Below are positions 34,070-43,478 of a stretch of DNA of 64,000 nt, piece by piece. Source of the stretch: Myxococcota bacterium (GTDB taxonomy: Bacteria; Myxococcota_A; UBA796; CAJQPC01). The position numbers and the translations under genes were made by a program. The stretch is taken from positions 80,215 through 144,214 of the forward strand of contig DASCPX010000071.1 in the NCBI GenBank assembly GCA_036012755.1. Reading direction: 5' to 3'. The notes below the pieces were generated by a model. It was given only the letters and a program-made list of their open reading frames with translations. It searched no databases and was not told the DNA's origin. Numbering within the stretch: position 1 is the stretch's first letter; each line of letters opens with the position of its first letter.

Positions 34070-35928
34070 CAGACCTCCAAGCGGGCGAGGATGGCTTTGT
34101 GGACCTGGTCGGGGGACAGGGGCTGGCCGGGAACGGTGCCCCAGCAGTCGATGTCCAACAGGGTGCTGGCGCGCAGCATCCAGGCCAGCTGTGCGTAGCG
34201 GCGGTTGTTCTCGTCCACGTACCCGCCGACGGTGTCCGCGAAGTTGATCTCGACGGTCATCACGCGACCGAAGCGGCCGAAGATCTCGTCGAGCCCGGGC
34301 TCCAGCGGAGAGAGGAAGCGCAGGTGGACCGCGGAGACGGCGTGTCCCTGTGCCCGAGCGCGGTCGACCGCCTCGTGGATGGCGCCCATCGTCGAGCCCC
34401 AGCCGACGACGAGGAGGTCACCCTCGTCGGCGCCGTAGACCTCTGGCGGCTTCAGCTTGCTCTGGAGCGCGGCCAGCTTGCGGCTGCGAAGCTCGCAGGA
34501 GACCTGGTTCGTGTCCGCGTCGTAGGCGACCTTGCTGTTGCGGGTGTGGGCGAGCCCGGTCAGCACGTACTCGCCACCGACCTGTCCCGGGATCGGGCGG
34601 GGAGAGACGCCGCTGTCGGCGTCCCAGGCGTAGGGCTCGAGCTCCGGGTCCCAGGCGGACTGGTCGATCGGAGCCGCGAGCCACTCCTCCTGGGGCTTCG
34701 GGCGATCGAAGGCGCTGACACCCGTGGCGAGGTTGGCGTCGGTGAGCAGGATGACGAGGGCCCGGAAGTCCTCGGCCAGCTGGCGGGCGAGCACGGTGAG
34801 GTGGAAGCAGTCCTCGATGGTGGCGGCTGCCAGGACGATCTTGGGTGCGTCTCCGGGGGCTCCGAAGACCGAGGCCAGCAGGTCACCCTGCTCGACCTTG
34901 GTGGGCAGACCCGTCGAGGGACCACCGCGCTGGACCAGCACGAGGACGAGGGGGATCTCGGCCATGACGGCGAGACCGACGAACTCGGTCTTGAGCGCGA
35001 GGCCGGGGCCGGAGGTGATGGTGCAGGCGGTCTTGCCGGCGTAGGAGGCGCCGATCGCGAAGCCGATGGCGGCGATCTCGTCCTCTGCCTGGTGGAGGAA
35101 GCCACCAGCTTGGTCGAAGGTCCCGGCGAGGAAGTGCGAGGCGCTCGTGGCCGGCGTGATCGGGTACATGCTGACCAGGTCCATCCCGGCGGCCATGACC
35201 CCGAGGCCGATGGCCTGGTTGCCGTTCATGACGACCTGCGGCTCCGTCTGCTCGTGGCAAGGCACGATGAAGCGGTAGGGCACGTGCTCCAAGGCGAAGT
35301 CCCAGCCAGCGCGGACCAGGCGCTGGTTCGACTGGACGACCTGGGGCCCCTTTCGACCGAAGAGCATCGCCACCTCTCGGGTCGCGACGTCCAGATCGCG
35401 GCCGTAGATGTGGCAGAGCATGCCGAGCACGAACATGTTCTTGCCGACCCGTGCGCCCCCGGTCAGCTCCAAACAGGCTGCGTCGATGGACAGCTCGAGG
35501 ACATCCAGGCCCATGCCCTTGAAGCGCTCGAGGGACTCCGCGTACTGCTCGCGGATGCTCTCGACGCGGTCGGTGGCCCACTTGTCCTCGAGCAGCAGGA
35601 TCGTGCCCTCGCGGTAGGCCCGCTGGTCGATCCGGCTGAAGAGCACCTGCTCGTTGAAAGCGACGACGAGGTCCGCCTTGTCGCCCATGTTCGTCATCGG
35701 GCGGTCGCCGATCCGAATGCGGATGCCACTGGCTCCGGCGGGGGAGCGGGCGGGCGGCTTGATCTCCGCAGGGATGATCTCCACCGTCCAGACGCCGTTT
35801 CGCATCTTGGCGCTGATGGCTCCAAAGGCCTGGCCGGCCTTCTGGGCGCCCTCACCGGAGTCGCTGACGATCTCGATGATGTGTTGGTCGACGGTCTGAG
35901 CCACCGCCTGTTCGCGCACTGCTTCCAT
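34069..35928 (-). CDS. korA: 2-oxoacid:ferredoxin oxidoreductase alpha (gamma-alpha fusion) subunit
   Basis: DSGEG, PAEI, KNMF, YPITPA, QAEDEIAA, TSGPGLALK-E, QRGGPSTGLPTK-EQGD. Confidence 0.88.
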   Translation of the reverse strand: MEAVREQAVAQTVDQHIIEIVSDSGEGAQKAGQAFGAISAKMRNGVWTVEIIPAEIKPPARSPAGASGIRIRIGDRPMTNMGDKADLVVAFNEQVLFSRIDQRAYREGTILLLEDKWATDRVESIREQYAESLERFKGMGLDVLELSIDAACLELTGGARVGKNMFVLGMLCHIYGRDLDVATREVAMLFGRKGPQVVQSNQRLVRAGWDFALEHVPYRFIVPCHEQTEPQVVMNGNQAIGLGVMAAGMDLVSMYPITPATSASHFLAGTFDQAGGFLHQAEDEIAAIGFAIGASYAGKTACTITSGPGLALKTEFVGLAVMAEIPLVLVLVQRGGPSTGLPTKVEQGDLLASVFGAPGDAPKIVLAAATIEDCFHLTVLARQLAEDFRALVILLTDANLATGVSAFDRPKPQEEWLAAPIDQSAWDPELEPYAWDADSGVSPRPIPGQVGGEYVLTGLAHTRNSKVAYDADTNQVSCELRSRKLAALQSKLKPPEVYGADEGDLLVVGWGSTMGAIHEAVDRARAQGHAVSAVHLRFLSPLEPGLDEIFGRFGRVMTVEINFADTVGGYVDENNRRYAQLAWMLRASTLLDIDCWGTVPGQPLSPDQVHKAILARLEV

Positions 35929-36131
35929 GACCTACCTCCGCGGCTGGACGCCGCTTCCTTGGTCGGTGTTGCCGAGACTGCCGACCTTGGTCAGCGTGGT
36001 CTCAAAGGCGGCGATCCCGGTCTCGTGGCCGCTCAACCGATACCTCTTTTTCGGCGCGCACGGTAACACGCTCAGGGCCGCCGAGCCGCCTCCGTGCTCA
36101 GTTCACCCCGCCAGGACCAAGGAGCCCTCGA

Positions 36132-36570
36132 TCAGCAGCGTCCCAGATGGCGATGAAGCCTCAGCCCGAAGCCGTCCAACCGGCGGGTGTCCAGGGGCGA
36201 TCCGTCCCCGTAGAGGAACAACAGGGGGATCTCCACTTCGTGCCGAAGCATGCTCTCGGCGACCAGGGCGGGCCCGCAGCCCCAGGGGCTGATGACCACG
36301 ACGCCGTTGTGGACGCGGCCAACGGGCAGGCCCAGCAAGCCGGGGAGCCGCTCCTCTGCGAGGTACTCCGACAGGAGCCCCAGGGGCTCCACCAACACCC
36401 TCAGGCCGCGATCGTTGAGTCTCCGGACCAGCGAGTCGCTGGCGAAGTCGTCGACCCGCAAGTAGACGTCGCCCGACAGCAGCACGACCCGCAGATCGGA
36501 CCGGGGCGCCTCCGCAGCCAGCTCGGCCACCTCGAAGGGACCGCCCGTCGAGGTCTCGGGCTCGATCTCA
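36132..36570 (-). pseudogene. C-terminal remnant of a CoA-activase/2-hydroxyacyl-CoA dehydratase-like protein
   Basis: LSGDVYLR-DDF-SD-LVR-L, GVVVISPWGCGP, IPLLFLYGDG; no start codon of its own; left boundary approximate. Confidence 0.5.
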
Positions 36571-36609
36571 TCCGCTTCGCTGAGGGCTGGGGCGCTGTCG
36601 TCGTCCCAG

Positions 36610-37257
36610 CTCACGTCCAGCTTGCGTCGCAGCAGGTGGTCGTCATCTTCCCGAGGCCAGAGCTCACGACCCAGGACCTGCCAGGGAACCGGCCCGTCAA
36701 AGGCCACGACCTCGCTGACGATGCGAGCGGACAGACCGTTGAGGGCCAGCGCAGTGCCTCCCTCCTGGTGGATGTGCGCCGTGTCGAAGTGGGCCACCAC
36801 CCGGAGGGGCCGCTGCACAGCGCCGTCGAGTCGGGTGGCGGTGCGTCCCGCAGTGTCCAGCGGCACGGCCACGAGGTTCGCGAGCGGGGCGGCGAGGGCG
36901 GGTCAGGAGACTGCAGACACCTCCGAGCACCTGCCGTGGCAAGCCGTCCCCCTCGATTCCGAGCACGGCCTGAGGCAGCTGCGCCTCCTCCACCACCAGC
37001 TCCAGGCCCTCCGCCAGGGCGATGACCTGGCCGGGCTCGAGCACCACCGAGCTCTTGGCTCTTCCTTGCAGCGCGAATCGCCCCCGGAGGGCGAGCAGCT
37101 TCAGCTCTTGTCCGCGCAGGCTGACCATGGCGTGGGCCTCGGAGATCCGACCATCCAGCAGGGACAAGGCTGCTGACCACAGACGACCGATCAGGTCACC
37201 GTGTCCCAGCTCGACCGTTCGGCCGTCGGCCAGTGAGAATCTGGCAAAGGCACGCAT
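36610..37257 (-). pseudogene. Frameshifted and truncated FHA-domain/winged-helix protein
   Basis: FHA motif IGR...ISEAHA; frame change near 36890; second part ends at LWP...LRRKLDVSW. Confidence 0.55.
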
Positions 37258-37368
37258 GAACCGCACCTAGCACGACAGGCTAGCCGACCCCTTCCTAGCC
37301 GTGACCCTTCAGCCGTCTCACCGAGGCTGCCACTCGACGTAGCCAAGAGCGTGACATGATCCCCCGGC

Positions 37369-38205
37369 ATGTGGCTCTTGCTGGCGCTGTCCTGTGACCT
37401 CGAACCGGACCCCCTCCCGACCGAGGAGGCGGCCCGCGACGCGGACGCCGGCATGGAGGAGGCCGCGACACCACCGATGGTGCAGCTGCTCTACGACTAC
37501 GCGTTCCTGCCAGATGTCCAGTACCGCCAGCAGCGCGTGCGCATGTTGCTGTGGCTCGTCCACATGGAGCTCTCCGAATACCAGCTGCGCGTGCTCGCAG
37601 AGGCCTGGACCACCGCCGAGACCGAGCGGGGGCGCATCGACGAGGCACAGCGCGAGATCGTCGCCCAGTACGAGCCGGAGCTGGGGGCGGTCTACGACCA
37701 GGTCTGGGAGAGGCTGCGCTCGGGGGCTTCGATCGACGACCCGGAGCTCCTGGCCCTGGCCGAGCCGCTCACAGAGGCCCGAATCCACAAGGAGCAGGAG
37801 CGGGAGCTCCTGGCCCTGCGCTTCCAGGGCGTCGAGGCCGTCAACGCCGCCCAGAAGGACTTCCTGCGCTCGCTCTCGCCCCAGCAGGAGGCCAAGGTCG
37901 CGGACGCCAGCTTCTTCCTGCGCCACAAGCTGGATCCCTACGCGAACCCCGGGGACTTCAACGCGCTGATCGGGACCGTCTTCACCCCCGGCGACTACGC
38001 GACGCTGAAGCGCGGCTCCTTCGACCCCGAGACCGACCACCTCGACCTCGCAGGCCTGTGGTCCGATCCCGGCGACCCGGATCGCGAAAAAGGTGTCTTC
38101 CCCGACGTGCAGCGCGAGCTCGTGGTCTTCATGATCCTCCAGGAGCCGGCCCTGCCAGAGGCCATCGAGGCAGCGCTCAGCCGCTCGAGCCCGCCGGCTC
38201 CCTGA
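37369..38205 (+). CDS. Hypothetical helical lipoprotein
   Basis: MWLLLALSC; strong GC3 bias. Confidence 0.7.
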   Translation: MWLLLALSCDLEPDPLPTEEAARDADAGMEEAATPPMVQLLYDYAFLPDVQYRQQRVRMLLWLVHMELSEYQLRVLAEAWTTAETERGRIDEAQREIVAQYEPELGAVYDQVWERLRSGASIDDPELLALAEPLTEARIHKEQERELLALRFQGVEAVNAAQKDFLRSLSPQQEAKVADASFFLRHKLDPYANPGDFNALIGTVFTPGDYATLKRGSFDPETDHLDLAGLWSDPGDPDREKGVFPDVQRELVVFMILQEPALPEAIEAALSRSSPPAP

Positions 38206-40021
38206 GCCCCGAAGCGAGGATCTCCCGCTGGGCCTGGAGACCGTGGCGGAGTCGCCACAGGTCCTGGAGCCGGGCCTTCTGGACCGCGACCGCCGCCGAG
38301 TGATCGCGCACCCCGGCGTCGATGACCTCGTGGAAGCGGGTGAGCTCCTCGACCAGCTGGCGGCGCAGACGCAGGCGCAGCATCGACTCGAGCTGAGGGC
38401 GCGCCGCGCGCAGCTGGGCCAGGCCCTCGTCCCGGGCCTCGACCACCGAGTCCTTCAGGCGCACGGCCGCCTTCTTTCGCAAGCTGTCCAAGGGCGTGAT
38501 GAGCCGATCCACCGCGAGGAAGGCCCCAGATGCAAGGACCAGGGGCACGACCACAGGCGCGCCGATCAGCAGGCCCAGCCCCAAGGCGCCAAGGCCCGCG
38601 CCGACGCTGAAGGCCGTGCGGGGACCGCGGTCTTCGCCGACGAGCCCCTCGATGCCGACCCGGACCTCGGCCTGGTGCAGGCCCTCGACGTCCACCATGC
38701 CCAGGTCCCCAGCCCGAGCAGCTTCGACAAGCCGATAGCGCTCGACGAGCTCCCCGAGCGCCGCCGTCGCGAGGGTCGACCAGGCCTCCTCCAGCACCGC
38801 CTGGCCTGCGTTCAAGGCCCGCCCGGCGTGGATCTCCAGCGCCGTGGGCATGCTCTGTTCGAGGTCCTCGCCCAGGGCCGTCAGCGCACGCCTGGAGCCC
38901 ACCTCTGCGATGCGGTCGTCCCAGCGCCCGTGCCAGCCGCCCAGCTCCCGGAGCCACACGGACTCCATCGCCTCCACAGCCCGGTCCACCGCCTCGTCAA
39001 CGTCCACCTCGGCGAGGGTCTCCTCCAGGAAGGCGTCCGGATCCGGGATGCGCTGGGACTCGAGCTGTTCGGCCCGCAGGGAGTAGCGCGCCTCTGCCTG
39101 GTCGCAGGCGGCGTCGACCAGCTCGATGGCCTGCTCGGCAGCCCGCGCCGCCCGCCGCACCAGGATCAGGTCGCGGTCCCTCGCCAGCCGATCGACCAGC
39201 TCTCCCAGGTCCTCCGCGAAGCGACGCGCGAAGTAGGGCCGCGTGCCGTCGAGCACCGACTGGGCGGCCACGGCCCAGGCCACGACCTCGTCGGTCCCGA
39301 GCCCGACCTGCTCGGCGAAGCGCCGGACCCCCACCCGTCGGGCCTCCTCGACCTCTTCAGCGGGGTCGCCCCCCACATCCTCTGCGTTGTCCCAGGCGCG
39401 ATCGACCTTCGTGAGCATCAGGTAGACCTCGGGCACCTGCTGTCGGACCCGCTCCAGGAAGTCCAGGGTGCTGCGGGGCAGCGCCTGCTGGAGATCCGAC
39501 AACAGGATGCAGCCGTCCGCCTCCTTCTCGATCGCCGCCCAGGCCCGGGCCTGGTTCTCCTCGTGGTCCGTGTTCACGCCGGGGGTGTCCAGCAGCACCA
39601 GGTCCGCTGGGAGCACCTCGCTCGGCACCCACAGCTCCAGCTCGAGCACGCCGGCGGTCTTCAGATCCGTGAGCGCCGCGACCTCTTCGAGGCACGCGCC
39701 CTCCTCGACGCCTCCTTCTCGAATCGCGCGATAGCGCCTGGGTCCTCGACGGATCCGCGTGACCGTCCCGGTGCACTCCCGGATCGCCACCCCCAAGATG
39801 GCCTCTCCCATCACCGCGTTGAGGAAGGTGCTCTTGCCTGCCTTCTTCTCCCCTACCACCGCGACGACGAGCTCCTCTCGACGGAGCCGATCCCGCAGCT
39901 CCGAGACGAGGTCCTCGATCTCGTCTCCAGCCTCGCCGAAGCTCTCCCGGTGGCGCAACAGCGCCTGCAGCTGCAGGGCAGCAGAGCCGACTGCGTCGAT
40001 GAGCTCGATCCGGGTTGCCAC
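38177..40021 (-). CDS. Dynamin-like GTPase
   Basis: G1 GEKKAGKST, G2 ECT, G3 DTPG, G4 TKVD, helical stalk, hydrophobic paddle; start codon uncertain. Confidence 0.85.
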   Translation of the reverse strand: MATRIELIDAVGSAALQLQALLRHRESFGEAGDEIEDLVSELRDRLRREELVVAVVGEKKAGKSTFLNAVMGEAILGVAIRECTGTVTRIRRGPRRYRAIREGGVEEGACLEEVAALTDLKTAGVLELELWVPSEVLPADLVLLDTPGVNTDHEENQARAWAAIEKEADGCILLSDLQQALPRSTLDFLERVRQQVPEVYLMLTKVDRAWDNAEDVGGDPAEEVEEARRVGVRRFAEQVGLGTDEVVAWAVAAQSVLDGTRPYFARRFAEDLGELVDRLARDRDLILVRRAARAAEQAIELVDAACDQAEARYSLRAEQLESQRIPDPDAFLEETLAEVDVDEAVDRAVEAMESVWLRELGGWHGRWDDRIAEVGSRRALTALGEDLEQSMPTALEIHAGRALNAGQAVLEEAWSTLATAALGELVERYRLVEAARAGDLGMVDVEGLHQAEVRVGIEGLVGEDRGPRTAFSVGAGLGALGLGLLIGAPVVVPLVLASGAFLAVDRLITPLDSLRKKAAVRLKDSVVEARDEGLAQLRAARPQLESMLRLRLRRQLVEELTRFHEVIDAGVRDHSAAVAVQKARLQDLWRLRHGLQAQREILASGLREPAGSSG

Positions 40022-40074
40022 GAGACGAAATAAAAGCACGGCCCGCGCGGTATGTTCCGTCTTCGGGAGGTTCT

Positions 40075-41061
40075 GTGGATCCGCTCACTGGAAAGGTGGT
40101 CAAGGAAGTCGCCGCGAAGGTGGTCAAGGAAGTCGCCGCGAAGGAGCTCGTGGGCGAAGGCTTGAAGACCGCGACCCTGGCCGAAGCCGCCGAGCTTCCG
40201 GCGCTCGCCGAGGTCAGCGAGGCCGCCGGCTGGCCGATGGAAGGCCTGCGCAAGGCCGCCGACGCCACCGCCGCCGCCTTCGACGGCCTCGACGCGGTGC
40301 TGGGCATCCCGGAGATCGCCGAGGAGCACCTCGAGGAGCGCGAGCTCATGTCCACCGTCGGGGCCCCGCTGCGGGTCGGGCGGGTCGGCGAGCGGCTGGC
40401 AGCCAAGGCAACCGTCGAGCAGCTCGGCGGCTTCTGGGACGACATCTTCGGCCCGGACCTGTCGACCTGCGAGGTCTACGTCCACGACTGGGGCCCCGAG
40501 CAGTTCAACGGGATCGGCGACCCCCTCGACGCCGGCGAATGCTGGCGGAAGCAGAACGGGCCAGCCTCCTGCGCGGTGGTGAGCCAGGTCGGCATCATCG
40601 AGTACATGACCGGCGAGTGCCTCAGCGAGGACGCAGCCTGCCGCATCGCAGAGGACATGGGCTGGTTCGATCCCCACGGCGGCACGATGCCCGAGCACTG
40701 CGACAAGCTGCTCGAGTACCACGGCATCGACACCGACAAGCACTACAACAGCGACATCATGGAGATCGTCGAGGCGCTCGAAAACGGCGACCAGGTCCTC
40801 GTCGGGCTCAACGCCAACTACCTCTGGTACCCCATGCGCGACCCGGTCACCGGAGGGGTCGCGGTGCAGCCCGGAGGCGCAGGCCACGCGGTCTGGATCA
40901 CCGGTGTCGACATGGACCCCCACGGCAACGTCACGGTGCTCATGAACGACAGCGGGCACGGCGCTGGTCGCTGCCAGGCGGTCTCCCTCGCCGACTTCGA
41001 GGCCGGCTGGGAGGAGTTCTCCAACTTCGTCGTGATCGCCAAGAACCCACAGGTGGCCTGA
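40075..41061 (+). CDS. C39-like papain-fold cysteine peptidase
   Basis: KQNGPASC (Q, C), AGHAV (H), MNDSG (D), FEAGW; GTG 40075 after GGAGG. Confidence 0.75.
   Translation: MDPLTGKVVKEVAAKVVKEVAAKELVGEGLKTATLAEAAELPALAEVSEAAGWPMEGLRKAADATAAAFDGLDAVLGIPEIAEEHLEERELMSTVGAPLRVGRVGERLAAKATVEQLGGFWDDIFGPDLSTCEVYVHDWGPEQFNGIGDPLDAGECWRKQNGPASCAVVSQVGIIEYMTGECLSEDAACRIAEDMGWFDPHGGTMPEHCDKLLEYHGIDTDKHYNSDIMEIVEALENGDQVLVGLNANYLWYPMRDPVTGGVAVQPGGAGHAVWITGVDMDPHGNVTVLMNDSGHGAGRCQAVSLADFEAGWEEFSNFVVIAKNPQVA
40093..40140 (+). repeat. Perfect 24-bp tandem duplication encoding KVVKEVAA twice
   Basis: aaggtggtcaaggaagtcgccgcg repeated exactly. Confidence 0.9.
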
Positions 41062-41516
41062 TGGACATGCGTCGACTTCGTGAAGCCTCCGAGCGAGCCC
41101 GTGCCGGGCGACCCACCGCCGGCCCCCTGGCCACCTTCCTGGCCGGACTGCGCGCCCGCCCAGAGCTGGCCGGTGTCATCGGCGTCGAGTCCGCCGTGAT
41201 GCTCCCGGTCCCCTCGGCAGATGACGGCTGGAGCCTCGTGAGCGTGGTCGGCCTGCGGCACGGCAAGGATGGCCCCTGGTCGCCCCCGCGCTTCCGCCTG
41301 CGCTGGTCCTGGCCGAATCCGGCCGAGGTCGCCATCGAGCGCCTCGATGCCAGCGGGCCCGTCGATCCACCGACCGGCTCGCCCAGTGAGCGCGTCCAGC
41401 TCCTTTCAGCGCTGGAACGACTGGTCACCACCGACCCGGCATCCGCTCCCGATCTCGGCCCCTTGCTCGAGCGGCTCGAGGCGACCTGGCCCGCCCAGTG
41501 GTGGGAGGCGCGCTAA
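41061..41516 (+). CDS. Hypothetical protein
   Basis: TGATG coupling to the peptidase stop; MDMRRLRE...WPAQWWEAR. Confidence 0.6.
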   Translation: MDMRRLREASERARAGRPTAGPLATFLAGLRARPELAGVIGVESAVMLPVPSADDGWSLVSVVGLRHGKDGPWSPPRFRLRWSWPNPAEVAIERLDASGPVDPPTGSPSERVQLLSALERLVTTDPASAPDLGPLLERLEATWPAQWWEAR

Positions 41517-41540
41517 GCTCGCCGACCCACGGAGGGTCCC

Positions 41541-43478
41541 ATGAGCTTCGAGGACTACCTGGCCCTGCGGGCTCGGCTCCTGCACGCCCTCGACCAGCTG
41601 GCGGTCGCCTACACCAAGGCGGGCATCGAGGCCCGCTCGGCGAGCCTGCGCGAGATCCGGACCAGGCTCGAGGACGACACCTTCCGCCTGATGGTCGTCG
41701 GCGAGTTCAAGCGCGGCAAGTCGACCCTGGTCAACGCTCTGCTCGGAGACGCGATCCTGCCCGCCAAGGTCGCCCCCTGCACGGCGGTGATCACGGAGGT
41801 GCGCTTCGGCGAGGAGCCAGAGGCCGTGCTCTTCGGCACCGACGGCTCCAAGCGCGAGGTGCCCTTCGACCGCATCCGCGAGTTCGTCTGCATCGACGAA
41901 GACGACGAGGGGCCCTCCCCCTGGGCGAAGCTGGAGCTCTACTACCCCCTCGAGATCTGCCGTAACAACGTCGAGATCATCGACAGCCCCGGGCTCAACG
42001 AGCACCACACGCGGACCGAGGTGGCCCTGGACTACCTGCCCCGAGCCGACGCGCTGGTGATGGTGTTGTCCTGCGAGATGGCGCTGTCACAGTCGGAGCT
42101 CGGCTTCATCGATGACACGCTGGGAGGCCGAGACCTCTCCAACGTCTTCTTCCTGTGGAACCGCTACGACGCCGTGGCCGACTCGCCGGACGACCTCGAC
42201 GACATCAAGCGGCGCTCCCGCCGCATGCTGGAACCCAAGCTCACGGCCAAGAACCGGATCTTCTTCGTCTCGGCCAAGGACGCCCTCGTCGGTCGACGCC
42301 GGGGCTCGCCGGAGCTCGTGGAGCGCTCGCTGATGCCGGTCTTCGAGGAGGTGCTCGAGCAGTTCCTCGCCGGGGAGCGAGGGCGGGTGAAGGTGCTTGG
42401 CCCGCTGCGCTCGGCGGAGAAGGCCGCTCGGGACTGCGCGCTCCAGATCCCGCGCATGGAGGCCCACCTCGCCGCGCCGCTGGAGGAGCTGGAGAAGAAG
42501 CAGGCGGCCCTGTCTCCTCGCATCTCCGAGCTGGAGAAGAAGCGCCTGCGGGTCGGACGCATGCTGGACCGGCGCGAGGCCGAGCTGGGAGACCTCGTAG
42601 ACGGGCGGCTGCGGGGCTACATCAACGGGCTGGAGTCCAGGCTGCGCCAGTGCGTCCAGGACGCGCCCTCGTCCTGGTGGGAAGGCCTCGTCAACAAGAA
42701 GAAGGTCCACAAGAAGCACATCGAGGGGCTCTGCGAGTTCCTCGGCAAGGACTTCCGCGCCTGGCAGGACGACGAGCTCACGCCGCTGATCACGCGCCAC
42801 GTCGAGGGGACCTACGAGGCCCTCGACGACGAGCTGCGCTTCTTCCTGAAGGACGTCGACGCCATCCGCGCGGATCTCCTGCCCGAGCTCGAGTTCGACG
42901 AAGACGTCGACGAGGCCTCACCGGTGGACCGGGTCCTGTCCACAGCTGGCGTCGCCATCCTCTACGGCATCGCCCCGGGGCTGATGATCGAGGGAGCCAG
43001 CGGCGGCATCAAGCAGGTCATGGAGGGCCTGGGCTACCAGGTCGCGTCCTTCGTCGGGGTCGTCATCATCGGCACCCTGCTGGGAGTCACCGCGCCTGTC
43101 CTGGCCCCCATCGTGCTCGTGGCCTCGGTCGGCATGGCGGTCCTGCGCGCGCTCTTCAAGACCCGCTCGGCGATGGAGAAGCTCCAGGACAAGGCCGTCG
43201 CCGATGTCATGGTCGCCATCCGCGACTCCATGCCGGTGATCGAGTCAAAGGCCGCCGATCGCATCTCCCTTACCCTCGGCGAGCTGAGCTCGGCCATCGA
43301 CAACGGCATGCAGACGATGATCGACGAGGTCCAGGCAGAGGTCGCCACGATCCTCACGGAGAAGCGATCCGGAGAGGCCGCCGTGAAGAGGGGCCGCCAG
43401 CGCCTGCTGGAGGCCCGAGGCATCCTCGGCGAGATCAGCGAGACCCTCGACAGCGTGCGCGCCGCCGTCGACCGCTGA
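41541..43478 (+). CDS. Dynamin-like GTPase (BDLP-like)
   Basis: G1 GEFKRGKST, PCTA, G3 DSPG, G4 NRYD, FFVSAKDAL, coiled coil, hydrophobic paddle; GGAGG RBS. Confidence 0.9.
   Translation: MSFEDYLALRARLLHALDQLAVAYTKAGIEARSASLREIRTRLEDDTFRLMVVGEFKRGKSTLVNALLGDAILPAKVAPCTAVITEVRFGEEPEAVLFGTDGSKREVPFDRIREFVCIDEDDEGPSPWAKLELYYPLEICRNNVEIIDSPGLNEHHTRTEVALDYLPRADALVMVLSCEMALSQSELGFIDDTLGGRDLSNVFFLWNRYDAVADSPDDLDDIKRRSRRMLEPKLTAKNRIFFVSAKDALVGRRRGSPELVERSLMPVFEEVLEQFLAGERGRVKVLGPLRSAEKAARDCALQIPRMEAHLAAPLEELEKKQAALSPRISELEKKRLRVGRMLDRREAELGDLVDGRLRGYINGLESRLRQCVQDAPSSWWEGLVNKKKVHKKHIEGLCEFLGKDFRAWQDDELTPLITRHVEGTYEALDDELRFFLKDVDAIRADLLPELEFDEDVDEASPVDRVLSTAGVAILYGIAPGLMIEGASGGIKQVMEGLGYQVASFVGVVIIGTLLGVTAPVLAPIVLVASVGMAVLRALFKTRSAMEKLQDKAVADVMVAIRDSMPVIESKAADRISLTLGELSSAIDNGMQTMIDEVQAEVATILTEKRSGEAAVKRGRQRLLEARGILGEISETLDSVRAAVDR

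Noticed and set aside
35929..36131. Hairpins in the korA leader (GGTCGG/CCGACC, GCGGC/GCCGC near the RBS) as a riboswitch
   Set aside because: Short GC-rich stems arise by chance; no known aptamer consensus or FNR box recognised
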